A stretch of DNA of 12,143 bases, from positions 470,014 through 482,156 of IMG/VR virus record IMGVR_UViG_3300028558_000016; one strand, given 5' to 3'. Positions 6,811 to 12,143 of this stretch are shown here, piece by piece. Numbering within the stretch: the stretch's first letter is position 1; every line of letters starts with the position of its first letter. The DNA comes from a virus. The position numbers and the translations under genes are program-made. Below the pieces are notes generated by a model. The model was not told the DNA's origin and did no database searches. It worked only from the letters and a program-made list of their open reading frames with translations.

Positions 6811-8952
6811 ATGAACAAAAATCAATTCTTTGCAAAATTTCAAAATCTAAATCTAAGACGTGAAGAATTAGAAAGACAATGGAAAGTGCATCTCGAAGAA
6901 CAAGAAGAGATGAATAGAAGATGGCAGATGTTACGTGAAGCTGAAGATGCTGAAGGTAAACAAAATTCATCGACAACTACAACTACATCTAATTCTTCGT
7001 CTTCTGCTGCATCAGCGGGTTCAGGTGGAGCTGGCGGTGGCGGAGGTAGTATAGTTATTTTGGAAGACGAAACATTTTTAGAATTTTTTAAGATAGATGG
7101 TTCTGATACTTGGAAATACTTCTTGATGAATGTTTCAGGAATCAAATCAGAACTTTTAGATAGCGGGATCTCCGCAGATTGGAGCATTGATTGGTATTTT
7201 CCTCCGGTTCAAAAGAAAGGTTATGCAGCCGTTTTTCGCGGTCCAGACACATACACTTTCATCATGATCAACACTGATGGTACTTTATTGGGATCATTTA
7301 CTACGGAAACAAACTGGTGGAATGGCGATGATTTAGACGGAAGAGCAATTGCATTTTATTATACAATAGGTTCAGATTATAACTTCATTTATTATGATGG
7401 AGAAAATTATAGACAAACTTTGTTCACTGGAAGTTTTTCAACAGGAAATATACAAAATTTTAATATAGGTACAGACTGGGATTACACGACAATAGACAAT
7501 AAAACATTGGTTACCATTGAATATTCTAATGGAGATCAAAGCTACAGAATACTTGATATACACGGCAACAACGAATTTTATTACTTGGTAAGTGGAAATA
7601 TACGTGCTTCAGTTGCCTTTTACTCATTTGGAAATTTTATTTTATTATTTCTTTATGATAACAACACTAACCAATACACCAGATTACAGCTATATAATAC
7701 AAGCGGAATTCTTCTCAGCGTAGACATTGATTTAACTGCTGTAAATATTTTTGACAATTTAGATTATAATTTTTACGGAACAAATAAACTCCAAGCCATA
7801 TTTTCAAATAGTGGAAATAATGCCATTGATTATTACATAGTAAATTACAATGGCACAACAACTAATGCAATAATAACTTCACAAATAAGAGGACCGTTCG
7901 TTTCGATTATTACTCAGACTGAAAATAAATATCCATTCAATAATTTATCTTTTGATCCAGAAGGAATATTAAACACATTTTACAGTTGGGATGGATATGA
8001 TGGTTTTATAAGAACAGGATATGCCAAATTTACATTTTTGTTTGAAGGTGATTCTGCGTATGGAGAATATTTGTTTACAAATTCAGGAGTTCCTGATAAA
8101 GGCGTTATTCCTTGGATTCAAAGTTCAACATCTGATTCAGCTGGTGTAATAGTTGACGGTCTTAACGGAAGCCTAACTAATCTTTTATTTTTTCCAGGAG
8201 GTTCTACATCTTCAATTCCGTTAGCGTTAACGTCTGACATGGACAGCATAAACAATTTTTCTTATTCTAACTGTGGAAGTAAAAAGCTTTTTTCCTATCC
8301 AGTAACTGGGTCAACCGGAACAAGATGGAAATTGTATTCAGCGGTTGGTTCTCTCTTGGGTTCTATTTTTACAACCACCAATTCATATTCAGATACGAGA
8401 TATAATTCATTTTATGTAAGACAGTATGACAGTGGGAATGAGAGATTTTGGTATTTTAATAATTCAGTAACTTCATTCACTGAAATATCTCCAGCTTTTG
8501 TTATTGATAATGTTTATCAACCTTTTTACGAGATTCCAGATAACATTGATAAGGGTCCTTTTTTATTCTTTAATATTGCAACTCCATGCGCAAGAATTCT
8601 TTCAATTGATAACACTCCTGGAACTTTGGATCTTCCACCAACATCTAATGATTATAGAATAGGACTTGCTATCGAAAATTTCTTTTATGTTTACCAAGAC
8701 ATTGATAGCAAAGTAATAATAAATCTTTATGATTTAGCAGGAACACTTTTGAACACAATATCAACTGAATTTACTTCTGTAGCTTCTCTTAACGATTATA
8801 TCTCAGTTGAACATAGATTTGTATTCGTATTTGTGGAAGGTTCAACATACACTACTTACATGATGACTCCAACTTCAGTTGAAACGGATGTTACAACGGA
8901 TGTATTAGATCGAGGAAGAATGGTTAACGACTTTGCTTATTACGATGATTAA
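6811..8952 (+). CDS. Large hypothetical protein, 713 aa, with a charged helical (coiled-coil-like) N-terminus, a Ser/Thr/Gly low-complexity linker, and a roughly 630-aa N/Y/T/S/G/F-rich beta-type domain with internal repeats
   Basis: The long ORF has no competing frames. Residues 1-50 are rich in E/R/Q/K (LRREELERQWKVHLEEQEEMNRRWQMLREAEDAE). Residues 52-80 read NSSTTTTTSNSSSSAASAGSGGAGGGGGS. The recurrent motif [YN]-x-x-G-[TS]-LL appears at about aa 166, 300, 515 and 650 (TDGTLLGSF, TSGILLSVD, AVGSLLGSIF, LAGTLLNTIS). Confidence 0.7.
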   Translation: MNKNQFFAKFQNLNLRREELERQWKVHLEEQEEMNRRWQMLREAEDAEGKQNSSTTTTTSNSSSSAASAGSGGAGGGGGSIVILEDETFLEFFKIDGSDTWKYFLMNVSGIKSELLDSGISADWSIDWYFPPVQKKGYAAVFRGPDTYTFIMINTDGTLLGSFTTETNWWNGDDLDGRAIAFYYTIGSDYNFIYYDGENYRQTLFTGSFSTGNIQNFNIGTDWDYTTIDNKTLVTIEYSNGDQSYRILDIHGNNEFYYLVSGNIRASVAFYSFGNFILLFLYDNNTNQYTRLQLYNTSGILLSVDIDLTAVNIFDNLDYNFYGTNKLQAIFSNSGNNAIDYYIVNYNGTTTNAIITSQIRGPFVSIITQTENKYPFNNLSFDPEGILNTFYSWDGYDGFIRTGYAKFTFLFEGDSAYGEYLFTNSGVPDKGVIPWIQSSTSDSAGVIVDGLNGSLTNLLFFPGGSTSSIPLALTSDMDSINNFSYSNCGSKKLFSYPVTGSTGTRWKLYSAVGSLLGSIFTTTNSYSDTRYNSFYVRQYDSGNERFWYFNNSVTSFTEISPAFVIDNVYQPFYEIPDNIDKGPFLFFNIATPCARILSIDNTPGTLDLPPTSNDYRIGLAIENFFYVYQDIDSKVIINLYDLAGTLLNTISTEFTSVASLNDYISVEHRFVFVFVEGSTYTTYMMTPTSVETDVTTDVLDRGRMVNDFAYYDD
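6964..7050 (+). other. Low-complexity Ser/Thr/Gly linker-coding segment within the 713-aa ORF
   Basis: This segment encodes NSSTTTTTSNSSSSAASAGSGGAGGGGGS. The antisense strand yields the spurious poly-Pro ORF at 6840-7187. Confidence 0.7.
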
Positions 8953-8970
8953 TCTCACAATATATAGTAA

Positions 8971-9261
8971 ATGAAATACATAATAAATGCAGACTGTTAT
9001 CTTGTAGATAATGATGGAAATATTTCTAATCTGACTAATCCTACATTTGATGTTAATTTTGGAAGTAGCACAGATGCTTCTTTAATAAAAACAGAAATAA
9101 AGAAGAGACTCGTCGCTACATTTCCATATATTAAAATCAAAGAAAGTTTAAAAAACAGAGAAGATAAAGAAGTAGCCGGAGCTGTTTCGGAAAACAGTTT
9201 ATACTACGAATTATATGTAGGAAAAACTGGAACAGAAGTAATTAAAGATAAAACAAAGTAA
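8971..9261 (+). CDS. Hypothetical protein, 96 aa
   Basis: ATG at 8971, 18 nt after the upstream stop, and 2 nt before the next gene. No recognisable motifs. Confidence 0.45.
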   Translation: MKYIINADCYLVDNDGNISNLTNPTFDVNFGSSTDASLIKTEIKKRLVATFPYIKIKESLKNREDKEVAGAVSENSLYYELYVGKTGTEVIKDKTK

Positions 9262-9263
9262 TC

Positions 9264-9617
9264 ATGATAAAGAAATTCAATGATTTTAAATTAGACGAAG
9301 CAGCTGACGTAAATTGGAGAGCTGAAAATGGCGCCAACACTTTTACATTTGAATATCCTGCGAAAGAAGGCAGCTTAATAAATCAATTCGTTGATTTTGT
9401 TTACAACAACCCAGGAAAAACAGTAAAGGATTTCTACAAATCTATCAATAGAGAATACAGACCAGGAAACAACTCCTCCTTCTTTGCTGCAATAAACCAA
9501 TCAGGAATAGTTGAATTGGTAACAGGAAAATATTACATTGGACCTAATTTTGGTAAGTGGACACAAGGACTCTTAAAGAGAGACCGATCTCCAAGAAAAT
9601 CAAATCTCGTACAATAA
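9264..9617 (+). CDS. Hypothetical protein, 117 aa, N-terminal MIKKFNDFKLDEA (weakly CTS-like, with an L-D-E site)
   Basis: ATG at 9264. It is the last gene before a strong terminator. Confidence 0.5.
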   Translation: MIKKFNDFKLDEAADVNWRAENGANTFTFEYPAKEGSLINQFVDFVYNNPGKTVKDFYKSINREYRPGNNSSFFAAINQSGIVELVTGKYYIGPNFGKWTQGLLKRDRSPRKSNLVQ

Positions 9618-9621
9618 TTCA

Positions 9622-9650
9622 ATCCCTCCTTCCTGGAGGGATTTTTGTTT
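9622..9650 (+). terminator. Rho-independent terminator with an 8-bp GC-rich stem (ATCCCTCC/GGAGGGAT), a 5-nt loop and a TTTTTGTTT tract
   Basis: A perfect inverted repeat at 9622-9629 and 9635-9642 is followed by a T-run, 4 nt after the stop of the 9264 gene. Confidence 0.75.
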
Positions 9651-9876
9651 TACATAATTCATGTTAAAACACTGATAATTATGTAACATTTTATGAACAT
9701 TATGTAACAATTAACAACAAGAATGTTCGTAAATTTGTACACGATTATACCCAATATGCTTACTAAAATACACATTTAAGTTGAACGGATGCATTAACCT
9801 GTTGAAACTCAATAAGTAACATTGCCGGCATAATTTTAACTACGTAATCAATATAAACCAATAAATAAATAAAACC
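9651..9876 (+). promoter_or_regulatory. 226-bp AT-rich non-coding region upstream of the 9877 gene; putative promoter or regulatory region
   Basis: No ORF of 60 aa or more on either strand. It contains tandem TTATG(T)AACA repeats, a MotA-box-like aTGCTTAc (about 9755-9762) with a TAnnnT about 13 nt downstream, a TAAATTTG element (9730-9737) and an A-rich leader. All of these are weak matches in AT-rich DNA. Confidence 0.3.
9679..9709 (+). repeat. Three tandem copies of TTATG(T)AACA (at 9679-9688, 9691-9699 and 9700-9709)
   Basis: Read directly: aaTTATGTAACAtt TTATGAACA TTATGTAACAatt. The approximate period is 10-11 bp, about one helical turn. Confidence 0.6.
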
Positions 9877-10278
9877 ATGAAAACCACGAGAACGTCAAAC
9901 ATCAGAAACAAAAAGAAAACAAAGAAAAACAGAGATTACTCTAAGTACCTATTCAAAGGTGAACAGTACGGTAAAGGAACTCTTGTTCATGCAGTAATCA
10001 GCGACTATGCTAAAGAGCATCCACGCACAACGGCTGAAAAACTGCAAAGCATCTTTCCAAGGAAAGTAATTCATTCAACATTTGAAGTTGTTGAAACAGT
10101 TAAGAAAGCAACAAAGGGACGTTTCTTCTTAAATCCCGATCTTCTAATTAAAACCGCAAACTCTAAAGTGGCTGTAACAAGTCAATGGAGCAAAAACAAC
10201 ATCGACTCATTCATCGATTTTGTGAAGAAAAACCTCCACATGCGGATACAGCACAGGTCATACAAAATGGCCGCTTAA
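9877..10278 (+). CDS. Hypothetical basic protein, 133 aa, with an N-terminal Lys/Arg-rich tail (RNKKKTKKNRDYSKY); possible nucleic-acid-binding protein
   Basis: ATG at 9877. The gene sits between the promoter region and its own terminator, so it looks monocistronic. Family not recognised. Confidence 0.55.
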   Translation: MKTTRTSNIRNKKKTKKNRDYSKYLFKGEQYGKGTLVHAVISDYAKEHPRTTAEKLQSIFPRKVIHSTFEVVETVKKATKGRFFLNPDLLIKTANSKVAVTSQWSKNNIDSFIDFVKKNLHMRIQHRSYKMAA

Positions 10279-10282
10279 AATT

Positions 10283-10316
10283 AAATCCCCTTCTAATTAG
10301 AAGGGGATTTTTTATT
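10283..10316 (+). terminator. Rho-independent terminator: palindrome AAATCCCCTTCTA-at-TAGAAGGGGATTT followed by a TTTTTTATTT tract
   Basis: An 11-13-bp perfect inverted repeat starts 5 nt after the stop at 10278 and is followed by a T-run. Confidence 0.75.
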
Positions 10317-10342
10317 TAACTAAACTTTACTAACTAAACTTT
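10317..10342 (+). repeat. Direct repeat TAACTAAACTTT x2 (10317-10328 and 10331-10342) upstream of the 10360 gene
   Basis: Two perfect 12-bp copies separated by 2 bp lie between the terminator and the next start codon. They may be an operator or promoter element. Confidence 0.5.
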
Positions 10343-10359
10343 TAAAAAATGGAATAGAT

Positions 10360-10644
10360 ATGAACAAAATACAATCGGAAGAAAAAAGATTAATATTGAC
10401 AATTGCTTTGAAACAAGAATTGATAAAGATCGATCCATCACACTACGTGCCAATTGAAGAATGTTACATCAAACTTGATGATGCTAAAAAAGCCTGCCCA
10501 TCTTATACCCCCACCGAAAAATTTCACTTTGATGTAGTAGAACACGGAAGAACTTCAAAAGTTCATTTCGTTAAATGTCATGATGTGTTGAATACGATAA
10601 TAATGAAAAATAATCTAATGCACTACGATTGGTATAAATTATAA
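10360..10644 (+). CDS. Hypothetical protein, 94 aa, with Cys/His residues (C35, C46, H-x-x-x-H, C-H) that could form a metal-binding site
   Basis: ATG at 10360. An upstream ATG at 10349 is followed by an immediate stop. The stop TAA at 10642-10644 abuts the terS stop on the other strand. Confidence 0.45.
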   Translation: MNKIQSEEKRLILTIALKQELIKIDPSHYVPIEECYIKLDDAKKACPSYTPTEKFHFDVVEHGRTSKVHFVKCHDVLNTIIMKNNLMHYDWYKL

Positions 10645-11445
10645 TTAGAAATTATCTTCATCTATTTGAAAACCATTTTCATCCTCGAACTTATCGTGGA
10701 CGTCATCAGCGGAATCCATTGGATTAGCAGGTCTGTTATGCGGATCTGTTAATCTTGGTTTCGTTTCTTCCTCTTTGGTTTCTTCCTTTGCATCTTCTAT
10801 TTTGCTCTTGATGGATAACATCAAACCCTTAGTTCCTCTTATCTTTAAAGAATCACCTTCACCAAGAGTTTTCATCTCATCTGGTTCATCTTTGCTTTTA
10901 TCAAGACTCTTTTGATATTCAACTCTGTCATGATCATCTTTGATCTTCTTGTAACCTTCTTCAAGAGTTATCATGTAAGCTGCTTGATGTTTTACAACAA
11001 CCATCATTTGATTTTGTAATTGTGCAAGAACCTCAAATATCCTTGGGTGAATGTTTCCCATATCAATTTCTTCCATCAACTTAATGATGGCATGCTGTGT
11101 TGTCTTCAATGAGAATATGATGTTAGATAACGTCATCTCATCAACTGCCTTCTTGTACTTAAGGTAATCGTTTTTCTTTATGATCTTAGCATCGAGGTAG
11201 AAGTCTATAACACTCTTCAAGAGTTTTTTAGATTCTCCTTCAATCTCGTCCTTGACGCTATAGAAGTCCATGTTCTTTGTTTGAGGATGTTGCACCTTAG
11301 CAAGAGGTCCTTGCTCTTCACCATTGGCGATAGGTTTATCTTCCTTCATGCTTTTCTCATTGATCTGTTCTCCTCCGAGAAGCATGTCTTCGAGCTGCTT
11401 TCTAATATTGTCTTGTGCAGCCTTTTCTTTTTTATCTTCAGCCAT
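10645..11445 (-). CDS. terS: Terminase small subunit (T4 gp16-like), 266 aa, with an acidic C-terminal extension
   Basis: The central segment HPRIFEVLAQLQNQMMVVVKHQ aligns with T4 gp16 as I recall it ([21 protein letters not shown]). The protein has a Lys/Glu-rich, coiled-coil-like composition typical of gp16. It sits immediately downstream of, and coupled to, the preceding gene in a late-gene block, although it is longer than T4 gp16. Confidence 0.65.
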   Translation of the reverse strand: MAEDKKEKAAQDNIRKQLEDMLLGGEQINEKSMKEDKPIANGEEQGPLAKVQHPQTKNMDFYSVKDEIEGESKKLLKSVIDFYLDAKIIKKNDYLKYKKAVDEMTLSNIIFSLKTTQHAIIKLMEEIDMGNIHPRIFEVLAQLQNQMMVVVKHQAAYMITLEEGYKKIKDDHDRVEYQKSLDKSKDEPDEMKTLGEGDSLKIRGTKGLMLSIKSKIEDAKEETKEEETKPRLTDPHNRPANPMDSADDVHDKFEDENGFQIDEDNF

Positions 11446-11962
11446 TTAATTCTATTTGTGTTTTTTCTCCATTCGGCATTGAATACGTTGCATCAGTTAG
11501 AAGCATGCTAAGAGGAAAATCAACTTGAAGTCCCTCATACTTCTTTGCAGCACCCTTTTTGACGTATGAAATAGTCGTATGCGGTCTGTAATTTGGAAAT
11601 GTTTCTTCATTTGGCAATACTGAAAGAGCAAGATTCATCTTTGCGAGATCTTCGCTCTCAACAGTTATCATCACAATGTCGAAATCCGGATGGTCTTCGA
11701 AAATACCAATGCTTCCAAAATTTGCTTTTGGTGGTGAGAATGTATTTAAAATTTCTGATACGTCTTCGGGTTTAACGAAGGAATAGAAACCATAAAGGAC
11801 TGTTACGTGTGGTTCGTCTTCAATTCCATGATCTTCATCAATGTCATAGACATCTTCTGGTTTGATTATCGAACAGACTTCGTCCCACTGTGGAACTTCC
11901 ATCTTCATCATAACGCATCCTCGTTTTCTCACTTTGAAATCTTTGAATGTTTCAATTGCCAT
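11438..11962 (-). CDS. 2H phosphoesterase superfamily protein (LigT-like or Acb1-like), 174 aa
   Basis: Two H-x-T-x motifs sit in the spacing and context typical of 2H enzymes: PHVTVLYG (H52, T54) and RPHTTISYV (H128, T130). The stop TGA at 11438-11440 lies 2 nt before the terS ATG at 11445, indicating translational coupling. Confidence 0.75.
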   Translation of the reverse strand: MAIETFKDFKVRKRGCVMMKMEVPQWDEVCSIIKPEDVYDIDEDHGIEDEPHVTVLYGFYSFVKPEDVSEILNTFSPPKANFGSIGIFEDHPDFDIVMITVESEDLAKMNLALSVLPNEETFPNYRPHTTISYVKKGAAKKYEGLQVDFPLSMLLTDATYSMPNGEKTQIELNG

Positions 11963-11980
11963 CTATTCTATATATCTCCA

Positions 11981-12015
11981 TAAACAAAAAGAGGGCAAGT
12001 TTTAATTGCCCTCTT
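11981..12015 (-). terminator. Rho-independent terminator on the minus strand: stem AAGAGGGCAA/TTGCCCTCTT with a 7-nt loop, followed on the minus strand by a TTTTTGT tract
   Basis: A 10-bp perfect inverted repeat lies at 11989-11998 and 12006-12015. The T-run is on the minus strand only. The loop contains the stop codon of the upstream partial ORF. Confidence 0.65.
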
Positions 12016-12143
12016 CTAAATCTAAGAATTTGTTCCAGGACCTAATAAGTCCCTCTATGTTGTCCTTGCCGACACTGTTTGCACTATGGACGTTTATGTC
12101 CACGTTCCTGAGATCGTATTTCATCTCATAGATCATCCACTTG
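12002..12143 (-). CDS. Partial ORF, with 46 C-terminal codons visible (...WMIYEMKYDLRNVDINVHSANSVGKDNIEGLIRSWNKFLDLEEGN), running off the window end. Product unknown.
   Basis: An open minus-strand frame runs from the window edge to TAA (rc of 12002-12004) inside the terminator loop. It could instead be a 44-aa ORF starting at the internal ATG. Confidence 0.3.
   Translation of the reverse strand, partial: KWMIYEMKYDLRNVDINVHSANSVGKDNIEGLIRSWNKFLDLEEGN

Noticed and set aside
4982-7187. Minus-strand antisense ORFs (4982-5230, 5394-5582, 6140-6325, 6448-6699, 6731-6976, 6840-7187), including a Pro/Ala-rich one
   Set aside because: Each is entirely antisense to a tightly packed plus-strand gene. 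The 6840-7187 Pro-rich product is simply the complement of the Ser/Gly linker codons.
6811-8952. Diversity-generating retroelement target, suggested by the Asn/Tyr/Thr-rich C-terminal domain
   Set aside because: The window contains no reverse transcriptase ORF. I found no template-repeat copy of the gene 3' end. The Asn/Tyr richness is spread along the whole domain rather than confined to a C-terminal variable region.
9651-9876. Possible tRNA or small RNA in the 226-bp non-coding region, since T4-like phages often carry tRNA clusters
   Set aside because: I could not find acceptor-stem/T-arm complementarity or a GGTTCGAATCC-like T-loop. GTTCGTAA at about 9725 is only a partial match. The region reads as AT-rich regulatory DNA. 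Confirmation would need tRNAscan or Infernal.
9679-10342. CRISPR array, considered because of short tandem and direct repeats
   Set aside because: There are only 2-3 copies of 10-12-bp units with 0-2-bp spacers. This is far too short and too few for repeat-spacer architecture, and there are no cas genes.
9877-10644. Homing endonuclease (GIY-YIG or HNH) in the small ORFs next to the terminase genes
   Set aside because: The KYLFKGEQYGKG segment of the 9877 protein does not fit a GIY-(x10)-YIG motif. The Cys/His pattern of the 10360 protein lacks the HNH His-Asn-His spacing. No support from sequence.
11281-11775. Plus-strand ORFs 11281-11511 and 11593-11775
   Set aside because: They are antisense to terS and to the 2H-phosphoesterase gene, and their translations are hydrophobic low-complexity products. 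They are shadow ORFs.

Overview
This is a low-GC (roughly 35-37% by eye) segment of a T4-like myovirus genome. On the minus strand lies a late-gene block in T4 order: a partial upstream ORF, a Rho-independent terminator, a 2H-phosphoesterase gene translationally coupled to a gp16-like small terminase (terS), then a gp17-like large terminase (terL), an exact T4-type late promoter TATAAATA, and a very long gp18-like tail sheath gene that runs off the window start. Unusually, terS and terL are not adjacent. They are separated by about 6 kb (4555-10644) of tightly packed plus-strand genes with no recognisable homologues. This island holds two small paralogous protein families defined by conserved N-terminal peptides. 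One family, M-[KN]-x-[IL]-K-L-F-E-x-F, looks like a T4 capsid-targeting sequence followed by a prohead-protease LxE site. The island also encodes a 713-aa protein with a coiled-coil N-terminus, a Ser/Thr/Gly linker and a large beta-rich repeat domain, plus several acidic or basic small proteins, two strong intrinsic terminators and short tandem DNA repeats. Nearly all genes lack Shine-Dalgarno sequences and have A-rich leaders. The most interesting hypotheses are that the island is an internal-protein-like (injected, anti-defence) hypervariable cassette locus, and that the 2H phosphoesterase beside terS is an Acb1-like or LigT-like enzyme. No tRNA, CRISPR array, reverse transcriptase or homing endonuclease was seen. 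All calls come from reading the sequence, not from database searches.
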